DNA from: Armatimonadota bacterium
Lineage (GTDB): Bacteria; Armatimonadota; SYMT01
Direction of reading: 5' to 3'
Assembly (NCBI GenBank): GCA_046292385.1
Contig: JBKBRF010000005.1
Location: forward strand, 103,744 to 167,743
Length of the DNA: 64,000 bases
The translations under genes and the position numbers were made by a program. Of this stretch, positions 26,667-36,534 are shown piece by piece. Position 1 is the first letter of the stretch; the number at the start of each line of letters is the position of its first letter. The notes beneath the pieces were generated by a model that saw only the letters and a program-made list of their open reading frames with translations, did not search any database and was not told the DNA's origin.

Positions 26667-27845
26667 GTGCCTAGGAAGTTAGTCGAGACGCAGAAGGAGA
26701 CGGAGCGCGCCATCCTGGTGGCGGTGGAGCGCCCCCGGGAAGACCTGGAGCGGGACCTGGAGGAGCTGAAGGAGCTCGTCCGGACCGCCGGCGGCGATAC
26801 GGTAGAAGTGATCGTCCAGAAGCGCCAGGCGCCGAGCCCCAGCACCTACCTGGGGAGCGGCAAGGTGCTGGAGCTCAAGGAGGCGCTCGGCTATCACCAC
26901 GCGGACCTGGTGGTGGTCGACGACGAGCTGACGCCGGTGCAGCAGCGCAACCTGAACGAGGCGCTGGAGCGCCGCGTGCTCGACCGCACGCAGCTCATCC
27001 TCGACATCTTCGCGCAGCGGGCGCACACGCGAGAAGGTAAGCTCCAGGTGGAGCTGGCGCAGCTCAGCTACCTGCTGCCCCGCATCTCCGGCCTCTACAC
27101 CAAGTTCGAGCGCCAGGCGGGTGGTATCGGCCTGCGCGGCCCCGGTGAAACGAAGCTGGAGGCCGACCGGCGCCGGATCCGCCAGCGGATCTCCGACCTC
27201 AAGCGCCAGCTCAGCGACGTGCAGCGCCACCGCCGCGTGCAGCGCAGCAGCCGGGAAGCGCAGGGCTTTCCCACCGTAGCGCTCGTCGGCTACACCAGCG
27301 CGGGCAAGTCGACGCTCCTGAACGCCATGTCCGGCGCGGAGGTCTACACCGACCCGAAGCTCTTCGCCACGCTCGACCCCACCACCCGCCGCGTCTCCCT
27401 GCCGGGTGGAAAGCCGGTCCTGGTGACTGATACGGTCGGCTTCATCCGCCGCCTCCCGCACGGCCTGGTGGCGGCGTTCCGGGCGACGCTGGAGGAGACG
27501 ACCGAGGCCGACATCCTGCTCCACGTGGTCGACGCGAGCAGTCCGGACATGGAAGCGCAGATGGAGGCGGTGATCGACGTCCTCACCGACCTGCACATCC
27601 AGGACAAGCCGATCGTGACGGTGCTGAACAAGATCGACCTGGTGAAGGACACCTACAAGCTGCGCGAGCTGGTGGCGAGCCAGCCGAATACCGTCTACAT
27701 CTCCGCCCTGAGCGGCGACGGGATGCCGCAGCTCATGCTCACGATCGAGCGGACGCTGGCGCACGCGGAGCGCCGCCGCCGCGAGGAAGCGGCCGAAGCG
27801 CGGGAACGAGAGCTGGAACAGCGGCGTGCGCTTAGAACTCTTTGA
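26667..27845 (+). CDS. hflX: Ribosome-splitting GTPase HflX
   Basis: ILDIFAQRA, RGPGETKLE, GYTSAGKS, FATLDPT, DTVGFI and NKID. Confidence 0.97.
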   Translation: MPRKLVETQKETERAILVAVERPREDLERDLEELKELVRTAGGDTVEVIVQKRQAPSPSTYLGSGKVLELKEALGYHHADLVVVDDELTPVQQRNLNEALERRVLDRTQLILDIFAQRAHTREGKLQVELAQLSYLLPRISGLYTKFERQAGGIGLRGPGETKLEADRRRIRQRISDLKRQLSDVQRHRRVQRSSREAQGFPTVALVGYTSAGKSTLLNAMSGAEVYTDPKLFATLDPTTRRVSLPGGKPVLVTDTVGFIRRLPHGLVAAFRATLEETTEADILLHVVDASSPDMEAQMEAVIDVLTDLHIQDKPIVTVLNKIDLVKDTYKLRELVASQPNTVYISALSGDGMPQLMLTIERTLAHAERRRREEAAEARERELEQRRALRTL

Positions 27846-28914
27846 CTACCCGCTTCCGCCGGAACGGATCGCCCAGACCCCGATCGAGCCGCGAGACGCC
27901 TCCCGGCTCCTGGTGCTCCACGCGGACGGCACCCGGGAGCACCGCCGGTTCCTCGATCTCCCGGAGCTGCTGAGCCCGGGAGATCTGCTCGTCTTCAACG
28001 ACACGCGAGTCCTCCCCGCCCGCCTCTTCGGACGGAAGGAGACCGGCGCCAGCGTGGAGCTCCTCCTCCTGCAGCGGCACCGCGCCGGCGTATGGGAAGG
28101 CCTGGTCTATCCCGGCAGGCGGCTGAAAGAGGGCGCGCGCATCCTCTTCGGCGGCACCGGCACGGAGGAGGCGCCGGCGCTGGTGGCCGAGGTAACCGGC
28201 CGCGGGGAGGAAGGCACCCGCATCCTCCAGTTCTCCCTTCCGAACGGCGGCGACGGGGAGGCGGTGGACGAGCTGCTCCACCTCCTGGGCCGGGTTCCGC
28301 TGCCGCCGTACATCCACGAGCAGCTCGACGACCCGGAGCGCTACCAGACGCTCTATGCCCGGGAAGAGGGCAGCGCCGCCGCGCCGACCGCCGGCCTGCA
28401 CTTCACGGAGCGAGTCTTCCAGGCGCTCGAGGCGAAGGGAGTGGGGACCGCCTTCGTGACGCTGCACGTCGGGATCGGCACCTTTCGCCCGGTGAAGACC
28501 GAGATCGTCGAAGAGCACGAGATGCACGCGGAGTGGTACCACGTGCCGGAGGAGACCGCGCGGGCGGTGCGCGAATGCCGGAGACGCGTGGTGGCGGTCG
28601 GCACCACCACCCTCCGCGCGCTGGAGAGCGCCGCCGTGGGGCCGCGCGAGCTGCGAAGCGGCGGCGGCCTCACCCGTCTTTACTGCACGCCCGGCTACCG
28701 GTTCCAGATCGCCGACGCGCTGCTCACCAACTTCCACATGCCGTGCAGCAGCCTCCTGATCCTGGTGAGCGCCTTCGCCGGCCTGGAGCCGATCCGCGCT
28801 GCCTACCAGGAGGCGCTGGAGACCGGCTACCGGTTCCTCAGCTTCGGCGACGCGATGCTGATGGAGCGGGCTCACGGAGACGGAGAGACGGAGCGGCACG
28901 GGGACGGAGCGTGA
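27826..28914 (+). CDS. queA: S-adenosylmethionine:tRNA ribosyltransferase-isomerase
   Basis: FNDTRV, PLPPYI, GSAAAPTAGLHF, TNFH and FLSFGDAM. Overlaps hflX by 20 nt. Confidence 0.97.
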   Translation: MRLELFDYPLPPERIAQTPIEPRDASRLLVLHADGTREHRRFLDLPELLSPGDLLVFNDTRVLPARLFGRKETGASVELLLLQRHRAGVWEGLVYPGRRLKEGARILFGGTGTEEAPALVAEVTGRGEEGTRILQFSLPNGGDGEAVDELLHLLGRVPLPPYIHEQLDDPERYQTLYAREEGSAAAPTAGLHFTERVFQALEAKGVGTAFVTLHVGIGTFRPVKTEIVEEHEMHAEWYHVPEETARAVRECRRRVVAVGTTTLRALESAAVGPRELRSGGGLTRLYCTPGYRFQIADALLTNFHMPCSSLLILVSAFAGLEPIRAAYQEALETGYRFLSFGDAMLMERAHGDGETERHGDGA

Positions 28915-29293
28915 CCGTGCCGGGGGATTGAAACCGCGGCTGCGAGTCCTTCTATCGCGGCCTCACCCCCGACCCCTCTCCTGAAAGGAGAGGGGAGCTA
29001 CGGGTGGCAGGCAAGCTGACTCCCCCTTCCACTCCAGGGAAGGCTTGTCCCCCGAACGGGGGAGGGCTGGGGTGTTAGGCCGCGCCGAAGTGCCAACCTT
29101 CCGTCGTCCCTCAGCCTGGTCCTTCAGAGGCCGGCGTCCGAGCTGGAACAGTTGAACGGCCTGTCACTCGTGTTGGCGACTCCGTGCCGGAGAACCGGAG
29201 GTCGCCAGCGAGCAGGAGCAAGAGTAAGAGCAGGAGCAGGAACGTCCGTGCACGGAGGGTTCGGATTCATCCCTCATCCCTCATCGTTCATCC
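28876..29293. repeat. Mosaic of several REP-like and tandem-repeat modules between convergent genes
   Basis: 8-mer arm, TTGAAACCGCGGC, CCCCTCTCC-TGAAA-GGAGAGGGG, CCCCCTTCC..GGAAGG hairpin, (GAGCAG)n and (YTCATCC)n. Confidence 0.75.
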
Positions 29294-29722
29294 CTCGTCT
29301 TCGTCCTCCCCCTCCTCCAGCACCACCGTGAATCGCCGGCTGGCGAGCGGCTGACCGCCGAGAGCTACGCCGACCCGGTACTCCCCCTCTTCCGGCAGCG
29401 GCAGGCCGCGTACTTCCACCACCACGTCTTGGACCGCGAGCGGATCGTCGAAGTGCAGGTCCCCCTCCGCCTTGAAGAGCTGCTCGCCGGACGGCGCCTC
29501 GATCTCCAGCGTCAGCGGCCAGTGGCCGCGGCCGTCGGTGAGGGAGACCATCAGGAACATCCGGGGATGCGTGGCGGGCAGCTCCGGAGCGCCGATGCTG
29601 TTGAACAGGCTGATCAGCGTCTTGTTGTTCGTCCACTTGTCCTCGATGATCTCGTTGCAGACGATCACCGAGAGACAGGACGGGCGCTCCATTCCCAGGG
29701 GCGGGGTTGATTCGTGCATCAT
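29288..29722 (-). CDS. DUF6941-like beta-sandwich protein
   Basis: VCNEIIEDKWTNNKTLISLFNSI..LPLPEEGEYRV pattern. Start is 29722 or 29692. Confidence 0.7.
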   Translation of the reverse strand: MMHESTPPLGMERPSCLSVIVCNEIIEDKWTNNKTLISLFNSIGAPELPATHPRMFLMVSLTDGRGHWPLTLEIEAPSGEQLFKAEGDLHFDDPLAVQDVVVEVRGLPLPEEGEYRVGVALGGQPLASRRFTVVLEEGEDEDEG

Positions 29723-29900
29723 TTGTTCTTGGTTCTGCTTCTCCCGATGCGAGGGGTGTGAGGCCCAACGCTTGCCTGGGATGACTATCCGCACCCGGAG
29801 CGCGAGCGTGTGCTCCGCGGAGGACACGGGGGGCGTTCCGCTGCAATGCTGGAAAAGCTCTCGAATCGCATGGGCCCGTCCGAGTGGAGGACGAGGCCAT

Positions 29901-29973
29901 CCGGTGCTGCCGGAGTGACGCGCTCGCGCGGCCCTTCTATCGCGGTGAAGTCGCTGCCGTGGAGCACGCTGCG
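29901..29973. repeat. Dispersed ~72-nt element, second copy at 41836-41906
   Basis: CCGGTGCTGCCGGAGTGACG-[CGCTCGCG or TGCTTGCA]-CGGCCCTTCT..GTGAAGTCGC in both copies. Confidence 0.8.
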
Positions 29974-30091
29974 CCCCCGTGGGAGGCCCCGGACGCTACC
30001 GGATCTGTTCTTCAATTCCCATCAATCAGGCCAGATAAAAGTAAAGCCCGCCGGCGCGGGCGGGGATCTTCATTCTAACCGATCCAACGTG

Positions 30092-31063
30092 CTACCGCTT
30101 TCCCGGGGGGCGCTGCGGAGGGGCCTGGAAGAACTGCTCCCACTGGTTCACCTGCGACTTCGAAAGGCCGCCCTGCCCGCCGGGGAGAACCGTCGGCTCC
30201 GCCGGCTCGGGGATACGCTGGACCAGCCAGCTCACTGCCCGCGCGCGCACCCCGGTGTCCTTGGCGCGGCGCTGGAGATCCAGGTCGTCGGTCACCAGCA
30301 CGCAGCGGCTCCGGTCTCGCGTGGAGAGCGCGCGCAGGTAGTCGATCATCACGTCGTCCGCCGGGCGACGGCCGCTGGTGACGTGCTCTTCCACCCCAGC
30401 CGTCACGCGGCGGCTGGCGCGCTGCCCGTCGAAGAAGACGACCACCCGGTGCGACGGGTGCCGGTGCGAGTACTCCTGGAGCCGCAGCAGCAGCCGGTCG
30501 CGGCTGGCGTCGTCTCCGAGTGAATAGTCCGGCGCGCGGCCCAGGAAATTGCAGCCGTCGACCACCAGCACTTCACCCGGACCCTCCGCACGGGCGGGCG
30601 GCGCCGGGGGTCGCGGGGGACGGGCGGCCGCCGCCGGCTGCGAGACCGAGACGGGAGGGGGCGCCGCAGCCGGCTGGGGCGTCCCGGCGGGAGCCCGCGG
30701 TGCGGAGGGAGGAGCCTCGGGTTCCGGGGAGAGCTCGTCGAGAGCCTGCCGGAGCGCCGCCGCCCGCTCGACCGCGGGCGCCGCCTGGCGGGCGGAGAGG
30801 ACGGAGACCCGGCGCGTCAGCTCCAGCTCGGTTTCGATGCGAGCGAGCTCCCGCTGGGCCTCCGCCAGGCGCTCCGGGTCCTCACCCCGGGAGAGCGCGT
30901 CGGAGAGGAGCGCCGGAAGCTCGACCGCGCTCCGGGCCATCCGGTCCGCCAGCAGCCGTCCGTGGGGAGCCTCGATCAACGTGGCCGCCCGGTACAGCTC
31001 GACACCCAGCTCCATGGCGGCGAGCCAGAGCGGCGAGCTGGTGGGGGAAGTTCGGTCCGGCAA
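30092..31063 (-). CDS. Fusion of a degenerate four-helix-bundle domain, Pro-rich linker and YacP-like NYN RNase domain
   Basis: N-terminal W..AMEL..ELY..L..M.RSAV..P..IETELEL pattern; C-terminal VVDGCN, VFFDG, ADD, VTDD and LSKSQVNQWEQFF. Confidence 0.75.
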   Translation of the reverse strand: MPDRTSPTSSPLWLAAMELGVELYRAATLIEAPHGRLLADRMARSAVELPALLSDALSRGEDPERLAEAQRELARIETELELTRRVSVLSARQAAPAVERAAALRQALDELSPEPEAPPSAPRAPAGTPQPAAAPPPVSVSQPAAAARPPRPPAPPARAEGPGEVLVVDGCNFLGRAPDYSLGDDASRDRLLLRLQEYSHRHPSHRVVVFFDGQRASRRVTAGVEEHVTSGRRPADDVMIDYLRALSTRDRSRCVLVTDDLDLQRRAKDTGVRARAVSWLVQRIPEPAEPTVLPGGQGGLSKSQVNQWEQFFQAPPQRPPGKR

Positions 31064-31070
31064 GTTCGTG

Positions 31071-31637
31071 CTATCCGATCGTTTCGCGCCGCCGGCGGAG
31101 CGGCAGGCGGTGAGAGAGCTTCACGGCAGGCTGCCGCTTCTCCAGCAGGTCGTGCCAGAGCGGAACGGCTCCCGCCGGGAGCGGGCGGCGCCGCGGGAAG
31201 CGCTCCGAAAGCTCTTCCACGCGGGCGGCGACATTAAGACGAGCGCGGGTGCGCGAGGCCGGAGCGATCAGGTTGAGCCGGTCGATCAGGCGGTTCATCT
31301 CGCCGAAGGCGCGGGCGGCATCGCAGAGGAAGTTCTCCCGCTGCCGGTCGAGATGCTCCGAGCCGGCCTCCCCTTCGGCAAGGCTGCGCCGCGCGGCAAA
31401 GCGTGCCAGGCGGTCGTCCCAGCGGGTTTCCAGCGCGCGCAGCTCCTTCTCCATCTGGATCCAGTCCGGCAGGAGCTTCGCTTCCTTCATCAGCCGGTAC
31501 GCGGCGCGCTGCTCCGGCGGCACCCGGGGGTCGAAGTCGAGGCGCAGCGGCTGCCCCTGCCCCTCCAGGTTGTCGAACTTGCCCTCTTCCTGGGCGTCGC
31601 GGATCTTCCGGTCCGCAATCAGCTCAATCCAGGACAT
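31071..31637 (-). CDS. DUF1992 (DnaJ-family-associated) domain protein
   Basis: IADRKIRDAQEEGKFDNLEGQGQPL and AYRLMKEAKLLPDWI. Confidence 0.9.
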   Translation of the reverse strand: MSWIELIADRKIRDAQEEGKFDNLEGQGQPLRLDFDPRVPPEQRAAYRLMKEAKLLPDWIQMEKELRALETRWDDRLARFAARRSLAEGEAGSEHLDRQRENFLCDAARAFGEMNRLIDRLNLIAPASRTRARLNVAARVEELSERFPRRRPLPAGAVPLWHDLLEKRQPAVKLSHRLPLRRRRETIG

Positions 31638-31902
31638 CGCCCCGGTACTCCCGTCTACTGCAGCGGCGCTCCGCTTGAAGACACGACGCCAGTTTACCGG
31701 ATTCGCGCGCGCCCGTCGCCCTGCTGGGAGACAGAGGGACAGAGAGACAGAGGGACAGAGGGACAGAGGGACAGAGGTGACTGGCGTCCGGAGGACGCGT
31801 GGCCGGAGGCCGACGAGCGAGGTATTTCCAATGCCTCGCGACCTCCGGCAGAACGCGTTACCCGCATGATCACCTGCGCGCCCTGAGGACGGGTGAGCCG
31901 CC

Positions 31903-33252
31903 TCAGACCTTGTTCGGCTCCGGGTGGACCCACGGCTTGCGGTAGGGGCGGCGGAGGAGGCGGTTCGCCTCGTCGTCGCCGATGACCCGCTGCTTCACCG
32001 GATCCCACCGGAGCCCGCGCCCGAGCTGCATCGACATGTTCGCCAGGATGCAGGCGGTGGTGGAGATGTGGCCCTGCTCGATGTCGGCCACCGGCTTGCC
32101 GCGGCTCTCCACGTTGCGGAGCCAGTCGATCATGTGATGGCGGATCGCGGGGGCGACGTGCCGCTCCAGGTCCTTCTCCGTGCGGTCTTCCGGATACTGG
32201 TCCAGCTCCATCGTGACGTCTTTGTGGACCGGAGCCCCCTGCATCGGGATGAAGTCGTAGCCGTTGACGCTCAGCTTCAGCGTGCCCTTGTCTCCGTAGA
32301 GGGTGGCGCCCCAGGGGTAGTCCGGATCGTTCGGCCGGCCCCAGGTGCGGTGCTGCCAGATCATCTTCGTGTCGCCGAAGTCGAAGCTGGCGGTCTGGGT
32401 GTCGCTGATGTTCGCCTTGCTGTTCGGGTCCATCATGATCCCGCCCATGGAGGTGACTTCGGTGGGCCAGCCGAGGTCGAGCATCCAGCGGACCATGTCG
32501 AGCATGTGGATGCACATGTCGCCGACGATGCCGTTCCCGTACTCCATGAAGGCGCGCCAGCTCCGCGGGTGCACCAGGCGGTTGTACGGCCGCATCGGCG
32601 CGGGGCCGGTCCACATCTCGTAGTCCAGGTTCGCCGGCGGGGTGGTGTCCGGCGCGTTCTCCCGGGCGCGCATGTGGTAATAGCAGTAGACCTCCGCCAT
32701 CGCCACCTTGCCGAGCTTGCCCGCTTTCACGATCGAGTTGCGGGCGTCGACCAGGTGCGGCGTGCTCCGGCGCTGGGTGCCCACCTGCACCACCCGGCCG
32801 TGCTTGCGGGCGGCCGCGACCATCGCCTGGCCTTCCACCACGTCGACGCTGATCGGCTTCTGCACGTAGACGTCGGCCCCGGACTGCACCGCCGCGATCA
32901 TCGGCAGCGCGTGCCAGTGATCCGGCGTGGCGATCAGCACCAGGTCGAGGTCCTTCTCCTTCAGCATCTCCCGGTAGTCGCCGTAGGTACGCGGCTTCTT
33001 TTTGGAAGCCTGGCGCGTGGCGACCAGGTCGGCGGCCTCGGAGAGCATCTGCCGGTCGACGTCGCAGAGGGAGACGACCTCCACCGGCGCCACCTGGATC
33101 AGGCGGAGCAGGTCGGCCTTACCATACCAGCCGGTGCCGATCAGGCCGACCCGGTGCTTGCGGTCGGCGAGCTCCTCGGAGTACGCGGCGCGTCCCGCCG
33201 CGGAAGTGAGCGCTAACCCGGCCGAGCCGGCGAGCAAGTCACGTCGGTTCAT
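31903..33252 (-). CDS. Gfo/Idh/MocA oxidoreductase with Tat signal
   Basis: MNRRDLL, GLIGTGWYG, ATPDHWHA and VQKP. Real start at 33252, not 33876. Confidence 0.93.
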   Translation of the reverse strand: MNRRDLLAGSAGLALTSAAGRAAYSEELADRKHRVGLIGTGWYGKADLLRLIQVAPVEVVSLCDVDRQMLSEAADLVATRQASKKKPRTYGDYREMLKEKDLDLVLIATPDHWHALPMIAAVQSGADVYVQKPISVDVVEGQAMVAAARKHGRVVQVGTQRRSTPHLVDARNSIVKAGKLGKVAMAEVYCYYHMRARENAPDTTPPANLDYEMWTGPAPMRPYNRLVHPRSWRAFMEYGNGIVGDMCIHMLDMVRWMLDLGWPTEVTSMGGIMMDPNSKANISDTQTASFDFGDTKMIWQHRTWGRPNDPDYPWGATLYGDKGTLKLSVNGYDFIPMQGAPVHKDVTMELDQYPEDRTEKDLERHVAPAIRHHMIDWLRNVESRGKPVADIEQGHISTTACILANMSMQLGRGLRWDPVKQRVIGDDEANRLLRRPYRKPWVHPEPNKV

Positions 33253-33359
33253 GTCTGGATCTCCGAAATCGAGAGCCCGTCCCGGCGACGCTGCCGGGGG
33301 CGGGCCACCTGGCAGTTCCCCTTCGCGCCCTCTCTCCCCTGCCTGCGGCGCGCCCGCCG

Positions 33360-34610
33360 TTATTCGTGGCGGAGCGCTTCGATCGGATCGAGCCGGGCGG
33401 CGCGCATCGCCGGGTAGATGCCGAAGAAGACGCCGATGAAGGCGGAGAAGGCGAAGGCGCCGAGCACCGCCCAGAGCGGGAGGTGGACGGCGATGCCGGG
33501 CTGCCCGGCGGTGCCGGTCTCCATCAGCCGCCTGGTGACGGCGCCGACGATCCACGCGGCGCCCGCGCCGATCCCGATGCCCAGCAGACCCCCCACCCCG
33601 GAGACGGTTGCCGACTCGACGAGGAACTGGGAGAGGATGTCGCGCCGCTTCGCTCCCACCGCCTTGCGGATGCCGATCTCGCGGGTTCGCTCCGTCACCG
33701 AGACGAGCATGATGTTCATGATCCCGATGCCGCCCACCAGCAGCGCCATCCCGGCGATACTGCCGAGGACCAGCCCGAACATGTTCAGCACCCGCCCGAT
33801 TGACTGCAGCAGGTTTTCCTGGCTGTCGACACGGAAGCCGGGCGTGTTGTCGTGACGGCGCATCAGGCACTCCCACACCTCGTCGAGCGCCGCGTTGAGC
33901 ACGCCTGCGTCGCGGGGCTGCGCCAGCACCACGCCGACCGCCTCGCTGCCGAGGAACCGCTTGTGGACCGTGGTGATCGGCAGGAGCACCCGCCGGTCGT
34001 CCTGCGTCCCGCCGCCGAGGCCGGACTTCCCCTTCGGCTCCAGGATGCCGACCACCTGGAGCGTGATGCCGGAGACTTCGAGCTCCTGGCCCAGCGGATC
34101 TTCTCCCCGGAAGAGCTCCTTTCGGATCTCATCGCCCAGGACGCAGACCTTGTTCCACGAGTCGAGGTCCTGCTGCGTGAGGGAGCGCCCCCTCGCCAGC
34201 GTGAAGTTCCGGATATGGAGGTAGTCCGGCTGCACGCCCGCCGGGGAGACCTCCATCTCGCGGTCGCGATAGCGCGCCAGGGCGTTGTCTCCCAGCGGCA
34301 TCTCCGCCGAGATGTTCTTCAGCAGCGCGCACTCCGCTTCGATCGCGCGCACGTCGTCCATCGTCATGCTGTCGAGGCGCCGGAACTCGCCCCGCTGCTC
34401 TTCCCGGTCCGGATCGTAGACGATGATGATCAGGTCCGAGCCGAGCCGCTCGAACTCCTGGACGATGGCGTAGCGGGCGCCCTCAACGATGCTCACCATG
34501 ATGATCACCGTGCTCACGCCGATGATGATTCCGAGCATGGTGAGGGCGGTCCGGAGCTTGTTGGTCCGGAGGTTGAAGAGAGCGGCCTGGATCGCCCGCA
34601 GGAAGTTCAT
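33360..34610 (-). CDS. MacB/FtsX-type ABC transporter permease
   Basis: NKLRTALTMLGIIIG, GGIGIMNIMLVSVTERTREIGIRKAVGA and DPIEALR. Confidence 0.95.
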   Translation of the reverse strand: MNFLRAIQAALFNLRTNKLRTALTMLGIIIGVSTVIIMVSIVEGARYAIVQEFERLGSDLIIIVYDPDREEQRGEFRRLDSMTMDDVRAIEAECALLKNISAEMPLGDNALARYRDREMEVSPAGVQPDYLHIRNFTLARGRSLTQQDLDSWNKVCVLGDEIRKELFRGEDPLGQELEVSGITLQVVGILEPKGKSGLGGGTQDDRRVLLPITTVHKRFLGSEAVGVVLAQPRDAGVLNAALDEVWECLMRRHDNTPGFRVDSQENLLQSIGRVLNMFGLVLGSIAGMALLVGGIGIMNIMLVSVTERTREIGIRKAVGAKRRDILSQFLVESATVSGVGGLLGIGIGAGAAWIVGAVTRRLMETGTAGQPGIAVHLPLWAVLGAFAFSAFIGVFFGIYPAMRAARLDPIEALRHE

Positions 34611-34634
34611 AGCGGTAAGGGAGCCGGAGCGGCC

Positions 34635-36347
34635 CTAATCGATGTCGAGGCCTTTGCGGCGGGCGCCGGTAAACGGCAGCGGCTTCACCCGGTCGCCCGG
34701 CTCCAGGCCGTCCAGGATCTCCACATGGCTCTCCCCGCGCAGGCCGACCCGCACCTTCCGGCTCTCCTCCGCGTAGCTCTTCTTCCCATCCTTCCGGGTC
34801 TCCCGGACGACGGTCACGGTGGGGCGGTCGCCGATGCGGGGGACGCACGCTTCAGGGACGCGGAGCACCTCTTTCACCCGGTCGATGACGATGGTGCACC
34901 GGCCGGTCATCCCCGGCTTGAGACGCGGGTCGGGCCGGTCGATCTGCACCTTCACGGCAAACCGGATCACGCTGTTGGATCCGCCGCCCTGCTGCTGCCC
35001 GGCCGCCGCCGCGTCCGCCCCGCTGCCGAGCGCGGCCGGCGCCACCTGGACCACCCGGCCGCGGAAGAGCGCGCCGCGGACGCCGTCGATCCGCACCTCC
35101 ACCGGCAGTCCGACCCGCACCTTGTGGACGTCGACCTCGTTGACGGTCATCCGGACCAGCATCACGGAGAGGTCCGCGATCTGCAGCACCGGCGTGCCGG
35201 ACGAGAAGCTGCTGACGCCGGAGGTGATCAGCTCATCCTGCTCGATGTAGCGGCGGGAGACCACCCCGTCCATCGACGCGATCAGCCGCGTATCCCGCTG
35301 GCGGACTTCCACCTCGCGAAGCTGCTGCTCGAGCTGCTTGACGGCCGCGTGGGCGGAGGCGACGTCGTCTTCCCGCATCCGATCCTGGGTCGTGCCCGCG
35401 CGTGCCGCCGCGAGCTGCGCCCGCGCCTGCTCCACCGCGGCGCGCGCCGCTTCCACCTCCCGCGCCCGGATCGAGACCCGCGACTGGTTCGCGCGCGCCC
35501 GCTCCAGGCCGGCGGTCGCCTCCCGGATACGCGCCTCGGCATCCTGCACCTCCAGCGCTAGCTGCGATTCGATCCGGTCGAGCCGGGCCTTCGCCTGTTC
35601 GCAGCGGGCGCGCGCGGAGACGAGCTGCGCGGCGGCGGTATCGACCTGCTGCTCCGGGGTGAAGCCGCGGGCGCGCAGCTTCCGGAGCCGGAGGAGGTTG
35701 CGGGTGGCGGTCTGCTCCTGAGTCAGCGCGTCCTGGTAGTCGGACCGGGCCTGCACCACCGCCTGCGGCTGCGTGACTTCCTTCAGCAGCGTCGCGCTCG
35801 ACTGCGCCGTCTTGAGCGAGGCGTCGGCCTGGGCGATCTCGCTTGAAGCCAGCTCCGGCTCCGCGCGCGCCTGCTCCTCCGCCACGCGCAGCCGCGCCTC
35901 CGCGGAGTAGAGCGCCTGCGCGAACTGCTGGATGCCGGTGTCGGTCTGGGAGACCTGGAACGTCACGCCGCGCTTCGCCTGCTCGTAGCGCGCCTGCGCA
36001 CCGTCGAGCTGAGCTCGGATCTGCTCCACCTGGCTGTCGATTTCGGTCGGATCGATCTCCGCCAGGAGCTGCCCGGCGCGGACGAAGTCGCCCTCCTCCA
36101 CCAGCAGCTTCTCCACCCGGCCGGCAACCTTGCTCTTGACCTCCACCTTCTTGAGCGGCTCCATCGTGCCGGTCTCGGTCACCGTGACCTCCACCGTGCC
36201 GCGGTCTACCGTTTCAAAGCGAGGTGCCTTCGCCGCGGGCTGCGTCCACGCGCCTACCGCGCGCCAGGCGCCGAACCCGGCTCCGGAGAGCGCCCCGACC
36301 ACCGCCACGATAGCGACCCACTTCCACGGCCTCTTCTGAGTCTTCAC
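34635..36347 (-). CDS. MacA/HlyD-type periplasmic adaptor subunit
   Basis: N-terminal TM, lipoyl-like halves (VEVKSKVAGRV..VEEGD; ASMDGVV), long coiled coil, LKPGMT and GLEPGDRV. Confidence 0.92.
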   Translation of the reverse strand: MKTQKRPWKWVAIVAVVGALSGAGFGAWRAVGAWTQPAAKAPRFETVDRGTVEVTVTETGTMEPLKKVEVKSKVAGRVEKLLVEEGDFVRAGQLLAEIDPTEIDSQVEQIRAQLDGAQARYEQAKRGVTFQVSQTDTGIQQFAQALYSAEARLRVAEEQARAEPELASSEIAQADASLKTAQSSATLLKEVTQPQAVVQARSDYQDALTQEQTATRNLLRLRKLRARGFTPEQQVDTAAAQLVSARARCEQAKARLDRIESQLALEVQDAEARIREATAGLERARANQSRVSIRAREVEAARAAVEQARAQLAAARAGTTQDRMREDDVASAHAAVKQLEQQLREVEVRQRDTRLIASMDGVVSRRYIEQDELITSGVSSFSSGTPVLQIADLSVMLVRMTVNEVDVHKVRVGLPVEVRIDGVRGALFRGRVVQVAPAALGSGADAAAAGQQQGGGSNSVIRFAVKVQIDRPDPRLKPGMTGRCTIVIDRVKEVLRVPEACVPRIGDRPTVTVVRETRKDGKKSYAEESRKVRVGLRGESHVEILDGLEPGDRVKPLPFTGARRKGLDID

Positions 36348-36534
36348 GATCGTGACCTGCTCCCGGAATGAGAACCACTCCCGTCATGATCACTACAAGC
36401 GGAGCGTGAGAAAAGGTGCGGTAGCACAGTCAGGCGTGACGGAGGGTGCCCGACTGCGCTGCCGCGGTCCACATGGAAGACGCAGCCCGGCGGGGGATGG
36501 ATAGCGGCTCATTCCCCCAGCGCCGAAGGGGCGC

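Noticed and set aside
30725..31063. Diversity-generating retroelement (Avd-like bundle)
   Set aside because: No reverse transcriptase and no template/variable repeat pair differing at adenines in the window.
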